Source of the DNA: Clostridia bacterium
GTDB taxonomy: Bacteria; Bacillota; Clostridia; TANB77; CAG-508
Reading direction: 5' to 3'
DNA: 64,000 nucleotides
NCBI GenBank assembly: GCA_017469445.1
Contig: JAFUGK010000007.1
Location: 111,058 to 175,057, forward strand
Below the pieces are notes generated by a model. The model had not been told where the DNA came from, ran no database searches, and saw only the letters and a program-made list of their open reading frames with translations. The translations under genes were made by a program, and so were the position numbers. This document shows positions 10,953 through 20,183 of this stretch, piece after piece. The stretch's first letter is position 1. The number at the start of each line of letters is the position of its first letter.

Positions 10953-10981
10953 TTGCAACAAATTACAAATATGTGTATAAT
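10953..10981 (+). promoter_or_regulatory. sigma-A-type promoter (TTGCAA-N17-TGTGTATAAT)
   Basis: -35 ttgcaa 10953-10958; -10 tataat 10976-10981 with TGTG extension. Confidence 0.5.
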
Positions 10982-11014
10982 AAGATAGAATAAAAAAATA
11001 GAAAAAGTGATGAT

Positions 11015-11755
11015 ATGAAAAAAGTAAGTGTAGTTATACCAATGCATAACAGCTCTAAGCATATTGAAGAATGCATAGATAGTGTTATAAATCAAACATA
11101 CAAAAATATAGAAATAATTGTTGTTGATGATAAAAGTAGCGACAATAGTATTTCTATTGTAAAAAACAAGAATGATGACAGAATAAAACTTATTGAGCTA
11201 AAAGAAAATGTGGGAGCAGCAAAAGCAAGAAATAAAGGAATAGAAAATGCTCCAGGAGATTATATATGTTTTTTAGATTCGGATGATTATTGGAAAGAAG
11301 ATAAATTAGAAAAACAAGTAAAATTCATGGAGGGTAATGATTATACATTTGTATATGGAGGATATGCATACTTAAAGAAAGGAAGAATGCGTACAGCACA
11401 TGTTCCAAAATCTATGAATTATAAGCAATTATTAAAGAATCATGCAATATTTACATCAACAGTAATGTTAAATATGGAGCATTTGAAAAAAGAGCAAATA
11501 TATATGCCGGATATTAAAAGAGGACAAGATATGGCAACATGGTGGCATATCTTAAAAAATGGAATTACAGCATATGGTATAGCAGAAGTTATATCCATAT
11601 ATAGAGTTGGAGAAAAATCTTTATCTTCAAATAAATTCAAAGCTGTAAGAAGAACTTGGAATCTTTTCAAAACAGAAGATATAAATATTTTTAAAAGGAT
11701 ATATCTATTTTTTTGCTATATATTTAATGCAATAAAAAGAAGAATGAGCTTATAA
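11015..11755 (+). CDS. glycosyltransferase family 2
   Basis: VSVVIPMHNS...INQTYKNIEIIVVDDKSSDNS...FLDSDDYW; 246 aa. Confidence 0.85.
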   Translation: MKKVSVVIPMHNSSKHIEECIDSVINQTYKNIEIIVVDDKSSDNSISIVKNKNDDRIKLIELKENVGAAKARNKGIENAPGDYICFLDSDDYWKEDKLEKQVKFMEGNDYTFVYGGYAYLKKGRMRTAHVPKSMNYKQLLKNHAIFTSTVMLNMEHLKKEQIYMPDIKRGQDMATWWHILKNGITAYGIAEVISIYRVGEKSLSSNKFKAVRRTWNLFKTEDINIFKRIYLFFCYIFNAIKRRMSL

Positions 11756-11767
11756 TTAGGAGGGAAA

Positions 11768-12328
11768 ATGAAAATATTATTACATACATGCTGTGCACCA
11801 TGTAGTGTGTACTGCATAGATAGATTAAAACAAATGAATATAGATATGGATGTATATTGGTTTAATCCAAACATACATCCATATATAGAATACAAAGCAA
11901 GAAGAGATACATTAAAAGAATATACAAAAATGATAGGTGTAAATGCAATATTTGAAGAAGATTATGGATTAAGAGAATTTTGCAAAAATGTAATAGGTGA
12001 CTTAGAAAATAGATGCATGAATTATTGCTATAGAGTAAGATTAGAAAAGACTGCAAAATTTGCCAAAGAAAACGGATATGATGCTTTTTCTACTACCTTA
12101 TTAATAAGTCCATATCAGAATCATGAAGGATTAAAACAAGTAGGAGAGGAGATGTCTAAAAAATATGATATACCATTCTTCTATGAAGACTTTAGACCAG
12201 GATTTAGAGAAGGACAAGCAAAAGCAAGAAAATTAGGATTGTATATGCAAAAATATTGTGGCTGTGTGTTTTCAGAGGAAGAGAGATATCAAAAACAAAT
12301 AGAAAATGATAAATTAAAGGAGGAATAA
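11768..12328 (+). CDS. queH: epoxyqueuosine reductase QueH (DUF208)
   Basis: LLHTCCAPCS Cys cluster at N-terminus plus C-terminal CGC; ~185 aa typical of QueH. Confidence 0.8.
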   Translation: MKILLHTCCAPCSVYCIDRLKQMNIDMDVYWFNPNIHPYIEYKARRDTLKEYTKMIGVNAIFEEDYGLREFCKNVIGDLENRCMNYCYRVRLEKTAKFAKENGYDAFSTTLLISPYQNHEGLKQVGEEMSKKYDIPFFYEDFRPGFREGQAKARKLGLYMQKYCGCVFSEEERYQKQIENDKLKEE

Positions 12329-12934
12329 TGGAAGAAGTAAAATATGACTATACAAAAACACATTTAGAATATCAATTAACAGAATATGATTGTGGAACAG
12401 TTACTCTTCTAAATGCTATTCGATATTTATTTAAAAGAAGTGAGATAAATCCTGAAATATATAAATTTATAATGCAATATACTCTAGATAAGACAAATGA
12501 ATTAGGAGAAATAGGAAAAGGTCGGAACTAGCGTATATGCTATGAAATTTTTGTGTAATTGGTTAAATGAAAATTCTAGCCAAAAGGGTATGAATATAAA
12601 GTGTACAGAGTTAAATAAGAATGAAATATCTATATATAATAAACAATTAACGGAAAAAATAAATAATGGGGCAGTGGCAATATTAAGAGTTAATCAACTT
12701 ACAGAGCATTATTGCTTACTTACAAAATTAGATGATGAGTATGCCTATATATTTGATCCATATTATTTAAACATTACTTATTATGATAATGATGAGGATG
12801 TAGAAATAATAAAAGATAGACCTTTTGAATTTAACAGAAAAGTAAAAAACTCCAGAATAGAAGAAGGCGAAAACAAGGATTTTTCACTAGTTAGAGGAGA
12901 AAATAGTGAAATTATAATAATAGAAAAATATTAA
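12328..12934 (+). pseudogene. peptidase C39-like (papain-fold) domain protein, split by frameshift at ~12515-12530
   Basis: N-terminus QLTEYDCGTVTLLNAIRYLF (Q...C-G C39 catalytic Cys motif) and downstream His/Asp (EHYCLL...FDPYY) lie in two frames joined across an A4 run (ggaaaagg). The two ORFs are 67 aa and 130 aa. Confidence 0.45.
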
Positions 12935-12960
12935 TATAAAATCTAAAAAAGTTAATAAAA

Positions 12961-12990
12961 ATGACAACCATCTGGTTGTCATTTATTAGG
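12961..12990 (+). terminator. rho-independent terminator
   Basis: atgacaacca-tc-tggttgtcat perfect 10-bp palindrome followed by ttatta. Confidence 0.5.
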
Positions 12991-13002
12991 TTAAATCATA
13001 TT

Positions 13003-13119
13003 CTAGCAACATCCTCTATTATTTCCACAGCAGCAGAATAATAATATAAAAATTAATATAATCCAAATGCAGTTATCATCACCAAAGCCTAAACCACCAC
13101 AACCTCTATTTTCTGGCAT
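13003..13119 (-). CDS. tiny TM protein, YjcZ-like sporulation family (38 aa)
   Basis: MPENRGCGGLGFGDDNCIWIILIFILLFCCCGNNRGCC: Gly-rich N-terminus, hydrophobic core, Cys-rich tail. RBS ggaggg 9 nt upstream. Below the 60-aa ORF cutoff. Confidence 0.5.
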   Translation of the reverse strand: MPENRGCGGLGFGDDNCIWIILIFILLFCCCGNNRGCC

Positions 13120-13178
13120 TATTATATTCCCTCCTTTCAAATCTTAAGTATGCACATAAGTACTTTTGCTACTTTTAA

Positions 13179-13277
13179 TTAATCTTGACGATAGCCTTTG
13201 TTACCACATCCACAGAAAAGTAGCAAAAATAGAATAATGAACCAAAGTATTTCATCATTATAGTAATCTCTTCCCAT
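13179..13277 (-). CDS. tiny TM protein, YjcZ-like sporulation family (32 aa), tandem paralog
   Basis: MGRDYYNDEILWFIILFLLLFCGCGNKGYRQD; RBS aaggagg 8 nt upstream; same architecture as neighbour. Confidence 0.45.
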   Translation of the reverse strand: MGRDYYNDEILWFIILFLLLFCGCGNKGYRQD

Positions 13278-13424
13278 AGTGCAAATACCTCCTTAATAAG
13301 ATTTTCTTGTAATTCCTTAGTATGTTATATAATATTCTTAGGTAAAAAAAGTGTTACAATAATTGTGAGGATGTTTCCAAATGAGGAAAAATTTCTTACT
13401 AGGATAGATTTTGAAAATTAATTA

Positions 13425-13453
13425 TTGCATTTATATTTTTCTTATGATATAAA
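13425..13453 (+). promoter_or_regulatory. sigma-A promoter of the paralog family (TTGCAT-N17-tgaTATAAAt)
   Basis: Shares the 'cttatgatataaat' extended -10 block with promoters at 56239, 58342 and 60847. Confidence 0.5.
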
Positions 13454-13487
13454 TTGGACAAATGAAACTATAGGAGGAAAAATATTA

Positions 13488-14576
13488 TGAAAAATACAAA
13501 AGAGATGAGACGGAATAACATTAATAGCACTTGTAATAACAATAATAGTGTTATTAATACTAGCAGGAGTAGCACTAGCTACACTTAATGGAAACACAAG
13601 TATAATAGACAATGCGAATTATGCAGTGGAGGAATACAATAAATCTGCAAATTCAGATCAAAATGTATTAAATCAAGTAAAAGACCTATTTGAAAAATAT
13701 ATGGGAGAAAGCAAGCCACCATTAGAACCAGTACCAGTAGTAGCAACAAATGGAGCAACAATAACGTATAATGCAAATGGTGGAACAGGAAACATTGAAG
13801 ATGGTTTTGTAGCACCATTAGGAAATGGCTTTAAAGGATGGAATACACAGCCTGATGGAAGTGGAACAAGTTATGCGCCAGGAGCAGAAGTAAGCCAAGA
13901 TTTAACACTTTATGCAATATGGGGAGGAACATACAGATTAGGACAAGAAGTATCAATACAAGTAGCAAAAGGAACAGAAACAGTTACAGAGAGCTTTTAT
14001 GTAATAGAAGATAAAGGAACAAGTGATGCAAACGTAACATTACTTGCAAAATATAACTTGGATAAAAATGTAGATGAAACAACAGGAAAATATTATCAAA
14101 AGCCAAATGCTACATTTGCTGATACAGCATGCGCGTTTTCAAGTACAAACTATTGGGCAACAAAATGGGAAGCAGTAGATATAGGGGAAAATGGAGAAAA
14201 TATAACAGCAAGAAGATTTGACTTAAATAATGAAGCAGAATATGGGGAAGTAGCAGAAGGAGATGCGATTGATAGAGCAAAAAATTATGCAAAAAATACA
14301 TTAGATTTAACAAGAAGCGCAGGAAGATTATTAACATATGAGGAAGCAATAAGACTTGAAAATTATTATAATTATATATTATTTGGAGATTTGATTGAAG
14401 GATATTTACATTATTGGCTTTCTTCTACATTTGAAGAAAATTATATTGAAGGTGGTATTTGGTGGATTCATGGCGATGAAGAAGTGGAAAGAGGTTATGT
14501 GTATAGCGGGGATGAATACGCCGATTTTGGTGTTCGCCCAGTAGTAACTGTTCCAAAAACAGCAATAAATCACTAG
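13488..14576 (+). pseudogene. surface protein paralog C (pilin-like N-module + Flg_new repeat + C-terminal beta domain), N-terminal frameshift
   Basis: Frame 0 reads MKNTKEMRRNNINS... and stops after 32 codons. A one-base shift at 'cggaataaca' restores ...ITLIALVITIIVLLILAGVALATLNGNTSIIDNANYAV... The listed ORF 13548-14576 begins inside the TM helix. It contains a Listeria-Bacteroides (Flg_new) repeat, ITYNANGGTG...GWNT..DGSGTSY...TLYAIW. Confidence 0.55.
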
Positions 14577-14605
14577 TCAGAAGTATGGAAAATAGATGAA
14601 AAAAG

Positions 14606-14640
14606 GCAATTAAAACGATTTGTTTTAATTGCTTTTTTTT
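14606..14640 (+). terminator. rho-independent terminator
   Basis: gcaattaaaac-gattt-gttttaattgc perfect 11-bp stem + T8. Confidence 0.65.
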
Positions 14641-14752
14641 GGACGAGCAATGCTCGCCCCTACATATTATTATTAAATATGTTTCTTGTTTTTTATTGCT
14701 TAAATTATTAAAAAATGATACAATAAATGTCGCATAAAGGTGGTGAGATAAG

Positions 14753-16993
14753 TTGGTAGTAGGAGTTATTGTAAATAGTACAGCTAAAGTTTTGAATAGA
14801 GTTTTCGACTATATTGTGCCTAAAGATTTAGAAGAAAAAATTAAAATTGGAGACAGAGTTAGCATTCCTTTTGGAAATTCAAAAAAGCTACAAGAAGGAT
14901 TTATTTATGAAATAAAACAAGAATCTGAATTTGCTGTTAAAGAAATAGTTAGTATAGAAAAAGATGGATTAAATGAAGAAGGAATGAAGCTTGCAAAACT
15001 AATGTCTAGAATGTACTTTTGCAATATTTTTGATTGCATAAAACTAATGCTACCACCTGGAACTTCAACTAAAATTGTAGAAAATAGGATTAAAGATAAA
15101 AAAGGAAATTTTGTATATTTAAATAAAGACATAGAAGAAATTGAACAAGAAATAGCTGATGGAGTTATTAAAAGCCCTAAACAAATTCGAGTTTTAGAAT
15201 TTTTAAAAGATAATGAAGGAGTATATATTTCGGACTTAGAAATGTATACTGACACAAGTAAGGCAATAATAAAAACACTTGAAAAAAATGAGTATATTCA
15301 AATTGTAGAAGAAAATATAGATAGGAATCCTTTTATTTTAAAGGATGTACCAAGAGATAAAAAATTACCATTAAATGAAGAGCAATTTAAAGCTTTTGAA
15401 GAAGTAAATAAAAGCATTGAAGACAAAGAGTTTAAAGAATTTTTACTGTATGGTGTAACAGGATCTGGAAAAACAGAAGTATATTTACAGTTAATAGAAA
15501 AAGTTTTAGAAAAAGGTAAAACTGCTATAATGCTTGTGCCTGAAATTTCACTTACACCACAAATGGTAAATAGATTTTTAGCAAGGTTTGGAAATTGCAT
15601 TGCTGTACTTCATAGTAAACTTTCCATAGGAGAAAGATATGATGCTTACAAAAAAATTAAAAATGGAGAAATTAAAATTGTAATTGGTGCAAGGTCTGCA
15701 ATTTTTGCACCTGTAAAAAATATTGGAATTTTAATTATAGATGAGGAACACGATTCATCATATAAATCTGAAATGAATCCAAGATATAATGCAAAAGATA
15801 TAGCAAGATACATATGTAAAAGTAATAATGCACCATTACTACTTGGAAGTGCAACTCCGGATTTAAATACTTTTTACAATGCAAAAAATGAAAAAATAGA
15901 ATTACTTACGCTTACCAAAAGAGCAAATAGCTCTAACTTACCTGATGTAGAAATTGTAGATTTGCGTGAAGAACTTGCAAAAGGCAATAAATCTATGATT
16001 AGCGAAAAATTGAAAACATATGTAGAGGAAAATTTGAAAAATAAAAAGCAAACTATACTGTTTTTGAACAGAAGAGGCTTTTCAACTTTTGTAATGTGCA
16101 GAAATTGTGGATTTACAGCTAAATGCAAGAATTGTAATATAACATTAACATACCACAAAAATACAAATAAGTTAAAATGTCATTATTGTGGATTTGAAAC
16201 TAAAAATATTACAGTATGCCCAATATGCGGTAGTAAAAATGTAAGATACTTTGGCGCAGGAACGCAAAAACTAGAAGAAGAAGTGCATAAAATGTTTCCA
16301 GAATGTAACACTATAAGAATGGATGTAGATACTGTTACAAAGAAAAATTCACATGAAGAAATACTAGAGAAATTTAAAAATGAAAATATAGATATTTTAA
16401 TTGGCACGCAAATGGTAGTAAAAGGACACCACTTTCCTAATGTGACTTTAGTTGGCGTAATAGCTGCAGATTCAAGCCTTAATATAGAAGATTTTAGAGC
16501 TGGTGAAAGAACTTTTCAAATTTTAACACAGGTTGCCGGAAGGGCAGGAAGGGAGCAACTGCCAGGAAAAGTAGTTGTTCAAACATATAATAAAGATAAT
16601 TATAGTATTGAATTTGCAAAAGAGCAAAATTATGATTTGTTTTATAATGCTGAGATTATGATGCGAAAAAGCTTGAATTATCCGCCATTTTGCGATATAA
16701 TACAATTTAGTATTAATTCCAAAAGTGATTTAGATGTAAAAAAAGTCGCTAAGTACATATATAATGAACTGAAAAAAGAATTTAATATTATAAAAAACAA
16801 TATTTTAATTTTTGAACCAGTACCTGCCCCTATTGATAAAATTAAAAATAATTATAGGTGGAGAATATTGGTTAAATGTAGGTTTAATAATAGGGTTATA
16901 GATTTGATTAATAATGTACTTGAAAGATATTATAAGAAAAATTTTAAAAATACTAGACTTATTATTGATGTTAATCCTAATAACATGATGTAA
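14753..16993 (+). CDS. priA: primosomal protein N' (PriA helicase)
   Basis: Walker A GVTGSGKTEVY, DEEH box, Cys4 zinc-binding CRNCG...CKNC...CHYCG...CPICG; 746 aa; TTG start with RBS. Confidence 0.9.
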   Translation: MVVGVIVNSTAKVLNRVFDYIVPKDLEEKIKIGDRVSIPFGNSKKLQEGFIYEIKQESEFAVKEIVSIEKDGLNEEGMKLAKLMSRMYFCNIFDCIKLMLPPGTSTKIVENRIKDKKGNFVYLNKDIEEIEQEIADGVIKSPKQIRVLEFLKDNEGVYISDLEMYTDTSKAIIKTLEKNEYIQIVEENIDRNPFILKDVPRDKKLPLNEEQFKAFEEVNKSIEDKEFKEFLLYGVTGSGKTEVYLQLIEKVLEKGKTAIMLVPEISLTPQMVNRFLARFGNCIAVLHSKLSIGERYDAYKKIKNGEIKIVIGARSAIFAPVKNIGILIIDEEHDSSYKSEMNPRYNAKDIARYICKSNNAPLLLGSATPDLNTFYNAKNEKIELLTLTKRANSSNLPDVEIVDLREELAKGNKSMISEKLKTYVEENLKNKKQTILFLNRRGFSTFVMCRNCGFTAKCKNCNITLTYHKNTNKLKCHYCGFETKNITVCPICGSKNVRYFGAGTQKLEEEVHKMFPECNTIRMDVDTVTKKNSHEEILEKFKNENIDILIGTQMVVKGHHFPNVTLVGVIAADSSLNIEDFRAGERTFQILTQVAGRAGREQLPGKVVVQTYNKDNYSIEFAKEQNYDLFYNAEIMMRKSLNYPPFCDIIQFSINSKSDLDVKKVAKYIYNELKKEFNIIKNNILIFEPVPAPIDKIKNNYRWRILVKCRFNNRVIDLINNVLERYYKKNFKNTRLIIDVNPNNMM

Positions 16994-17196
16994 AATTGTG
17001 GGTTAACACAGAAATCCGCCCAATCTTAGCCGGTGTTGGATGTTTTCTTTCTCCAAGTATTCGAAAGAAAAATGCAACACCTACGTTGGGCTAATTTGGA
17101 GCAAAAAAACTGAATTTTTGAAATATGATAAATTATCTGTTGGAAAAGAATTGAGGTTATTTAAATTATTTTCTAACTTAGAAAGGAAAAAGAAAA

Positions 17197-17682
17197 ATGG
17201 CAATAAGAACAATAAGAGAAGAAGATGATGAAATATTAAGAAAAAAATCAAGAGAAGTAGAAGTTATTGATGAAAAGATTAAAACATTAGTTGACGATAT
17301 GGTAGAAACTATGCATAAGTTTGATGGACTAGGGCTAGCTGCTGTTCAAGTTGGCGTACTAAAAAGAATTGTAGTTATAGACTTATATGATGACAAAGGT
17401 GTGATAGTTTTAATTAATCCAGTAATAACAAAGGAAAAAGGAAAACAAATAGTAGAAGAAGGTTGTTTAAGCTTTCCAAATAAATTTGCTAAAGTAGAAC
17501 GCCCAGAACAGGTTACTGTTGAAGCTTTAAATATTAATGGCGAAAAGATAAAATTAACAGGAAAAGGGCTTCTAGCACAAGCCATAGCACATGAAGTAGA
17601 TCATTTAAATGGAGAGGTATTTATAGATAAAATAATGCCAGGGACTTTAGAAATTGTAACTCCAGAATCTCAAGAAAAATAG
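17197..17682 (+). CDS. def: peptide deformylase
   Basis: GLAAVQVG, EGCLSFP, HEVDHLNG metal-binding motifs. Confidence 0.92.
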   Translation: MAIRTIREEDDEILRKKSREVEVIDEKIKTLVDDMVETMHKFDGLGLAAVQVGVLKRIVVIDLYDDKGVIVLINPVITKEKGKQIVEEGCLSFPNKFAKVERPEQVTVEALNINGEKIKLTGKGLLAQAIAHEVDHLNGEVFIDKIMPGTLEIVTPESQEK

Positions 17683-17693
17683 GGGGTGTATGT

Positions 17694-18632
17694 ATGCCAA
17701 AAATTATTTTTATGGGGACACCAGATTTTGCAGAAGAGTCGCTTAAGGCTTTATATGAAGCACAATTTGATATAGTGGCAGTTGTAACTAATCCGGATAG
17801 ACCAAAGGGTAGAGGTATGAAATTAGTTGCTTCACCAGTTAAAGAGTATGCATTAAGTAAAAATATACCTGTAATTCAACCAGAAAAAATAAAAAACAAT
17901 ACAGAATTTATCGACACAATAAAAGCTTATGAACCAGAATATATTTGTGTTGTGGCATATGGGAAAATTTTGCCAAAAGAATTGTTAGAAATACCATCAA
18001 AAGGATGTATTAATGTACATGGTTCATTACTCCCTAAATATAGGGGGGCAGCACCTATACAATGGGCAGTTTTAAATGGAGATAAACAAACGGGAATTAC
18101 TACAATGTATATGGATGAAGGTATGGATACAGGGGATATGATTTTAAAAGAAAAAGTTGAAATAGGGAAATACGAAACAACAGGCGAATTGTGGCAAAGA
18201 CTATCTAAAATTGGAGGAAAGCTACTTGTAGATACTATACAACAAATAGAACAAGGCGTTGCACCAAGAGAAAAACAGATAGGAGAATGTTCTATGGCAC
18301 CAATGCTTACAAAGGAAATGGCTAAAATAAATTGGGATGAGCAAAACACAGAAAAAATAATAAACCTAATAAGAGGTCTAAATCCTATTATGGGGGCATA
18401 TACAATTATAAATAATAAAAAAGTGAAAATATGGAAAGCTGAGATTGTAGAAAAAATATTAGATTTTCTACCAGATTATTCAAAATTTAAACCTGGAGAA
18501 ATAGTATATGCAAGTGATAAATTAGGCTTGTTTATTAAAACTATGGATGGAATCATTAGCATTTTAGAGGTGCAACCTGAAAATAGCAAAAAAATGAGTG
18601 CAGGAGATTTTATTAGAGGAAATAAATTGTAA
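17694..18632 (+). CDS. fmt: methionyl-tRNA formyltransferase
   Basis: MPKIIFMGTPDFA..., INVHGSLLPKYRGAAPIQ formyltransferase signature; def-fmt synteny. Confidence 0.92.
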   Translation: MPKIIFMGTPDFAEESLKALYEAQFDIVAVVTNPDRPKGRGMKLVASPVKEYALSKNIPVIQPEKIKNNTEFIDTIKAYEPEYICVVAYGKILPKELLEIPSKGCINVHGSLLPKYRGAAPIQWAVLNGDKQTGITTMYMDEGMDTGDMILKEKVEIGKYETTGELWQRLSKIGGKLLVDTIQQIEQGVAPREKQIGECSMAPMLTKEMAKINWDEQNTEKIINLIRGLNPIMGAYTIINNKKVKIWKAEIVEKILDFLPDYSKFKPGEIVYASDKLGLFIKTMDGIISILEVQPENSKKMSAGDFIRGNKL

Positions 18633-18669
18633 AAATAATGTGAAAATTTTGAAAAAATAGTTGTAAAAA

Positions 18670-18698
18670 TTGTCATATATTGATATACTAATAAATAT
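18670..18698 (+). promoter_or_regulatory. putative sigma-A promoter of asp23 operon (TTGTAA-N17-TATACT)
   Basis: hexamer spacing 17 nt, ~35 nt upstream of RBS. Confidence 0.4.
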
Positions 18699-18731
18699 GA
18701 TAAAGATAATAATTTTAAGGAGGAAAATATT

Positions 18732-19157
18732 ATGGAAAACGAGAATGTAAATGAAAATGTAGAATTACATGAGGAAGTAAAGGAAGAAAACAGCATCAGA
18801 ATAGCTGATGATGTTGTAGCTGTTATAGCAGGTGTAGCAGTTTCAGAAGTTCCTGGAGTTTATAGCATGGCAGGTGGATTTGCTGGAGGAATAACAGAGG
18901 TATTAAGCGGAAAGAAAAACATGTCAAAAGGAATAAAGGTTGAAGTTGGAGAAAAGGAAGCAAAAGTAGATGTTAACATCATAGTTGAATATGGTACAAG
19001 AATACCAGATGTTGCTTTTGAAATTCAAAACAGAGTAAAAAAAGCTGTTGAAACAATGACAGGATTAAAAGTAGTAGAAGTAAATGTACATGTTCAAGGT
19101 GTTAATACAGAAAATGATGGCGTAGTAGAAACAAACAATGAAGAAAAAAATGATTAA
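18732..19157 (+). CDS. Asp23/Gls24 family envelope stress protein
   Basis: IADDVVAVIAGVAVSEVPGV...VNIIVEYGTRIPDVAFEIQNRVKKAVETMTGLKV is the conserved Asp23 fold sequence. Confidence 0.8.
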   Translation: MENENVNENVELHEEVKEENSIRIADDVVAVIAGVAVSEVPGVYSMAGGFAGGITEVLSGKKNMSKGIKVEVGEKEAKVDVNIIVEYGTRIPDVAFEIQNRVKKAVETMTGLKVVEVNVHVQGVNTENDGVVETNNEEKND

Positions 19158-19180
19158 ACCTTAATAAAGGGGTATGGAAA

Positions 19181-19738
19181 ATGAAAATAGTAGAAAAAAT
19201 AAGTCTAATAATATTTGCATATTTATTACTAATAATATCTATAATAGCATGTTTACTTGTATTTAATTGGGTAAGCTTACAATTTGTTCATGAAGTTGTA
19301 ATTGCAGCATTAAATAATACAACAGTATCAAATATAATATTAGGAGTATCAGCAGTTATTATATTGCTTGCAATAAAATGTATATTCTTTAGTGGCTCAG
19401 ACAAAGAAAAGGATAGACAAAAGGATGGAATTCTTTTAGAAAATGATGAAGGTAAATTATTAATTTCAAAGGAAACTTTAGAAAACTTAATAAGTTCTGT
19501 AGCTAAAGGATTTGAGGGCGCAGAAAATGTTAATACTAAAGTTGCACTAGATAAAGAAAATAATTTAGTTGTATATATTAATTTACTAGTTCATCCTGAT
19601 GCTGTTATTAAAGATTTATCAAGTAATTTACAAACAAAAGTAAAAGAAGCAATAAAGACAACTTCTGGATTGGATGTAAAAGAAGTTAATATAAGAGTGA
19701 AGAATATTGCTCCTGAGAAATCAAATATTGAAGAATAA
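19181..19738 (+). CDS. amaP: alkaline shock response membrane anchor protein AmaP
   Basis: N-terminal TM pair then Asp23-like C-terminus; canonical asp23-amaP-DUF2273 gene order. Confidence 0.65.
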   Translation: MKIVEKISLIIFAYLLLIISIIACLLVFNWVSLQFVHEVVIAALNNTTVSNIILGVSAVIILLAIKCIFFSGSDKEKDRQKDGILLENDEGKLLISKETLENLISSVAKGFEGAENVNTKVALDKENNLVVYINLLVHPDAVIKDLSSNLQTKVKEAIKTTSGLDVKEVNIRVKNIAPEKSNIEE

Positions 19739-19752
19739 GAGGTAAATTTGTT

Positions 19753-19956
19753 ATGGAAAATATGAAACAGTTTTGGGAACAATACAAAGGTGCTATAGTA
19801 GGAGGATTAATAGGACTACTTATACTATGTACAAATTTATATAGACTTGTAATAGGAATAATACTTATAGCAATAGGAATATACATAGGTAACTATGTTC
19901 AATATAATAAAAGCAGTGTAAAAGAAAGACTAAAAAAACTTATAGATAAAATGTAA
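19753..19956 (+). CDS. DUF2273 small membrane protein
   Basis: 67 aa; two TM helices; third gene of the Asp23 operon. Confidence 0.6.
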   Translation: MENMKQFWEQYKGAIVGGLIGLLILCTNLYRLVIGIILIAIGIYIGNYVQYNKSSVKERLKKLIDKM

Positions 19957-19961
19957 AAAAG

Positions 19962-19993
19962 AGGGACGGAGAAGAGTACTTCGTCCCTAATTT
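19962..19993 (+). terminator. putative terminator of asp23 operon
   Basis: agggacgga...tcgtccct stem followed by aattt. Confidence 0.4.
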
Positions 19994-20183
19994 ACAATAT
20001 ATCAACTATAAAATAATTTGCAAATTTTGTCGTTAAACTGCACTCGAAAATCCTGAGACATACCTATGTACGCCTCGGATTCTTCTCGCTTGTTTGCCTA
20101 GAAATTTACTAAATTCTTTTATAGTTTTGAATAACTAATAATTTTACTTGGAAATTAGGATTAAAAAGAGAGAGGATTTAAAA

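Noticed and set aside
14641-14670. ggacgagcaatgctcgcccc hairpin after the 14606-14640 terminator
   Set aside because: The T-tract precedes rather than follows the stem. It is probably part of the same GGGAC-clamp palindrome family, not a separate terminator.
17040-17228. 62-aa ORF in priA-def spacer
   Set aside because: It covers a hairpin-forming, non-coding-looking region and runs into def with a poly-Lys/Arg tail. Structured RNA is more plausible.
19996-20183. GC-enriched segment upstream of nusB (possible sRNA or leader)
   Set aside because: No convincing extended pairing or promoter/terminator pair could be defined by eye. It is left unannotated.
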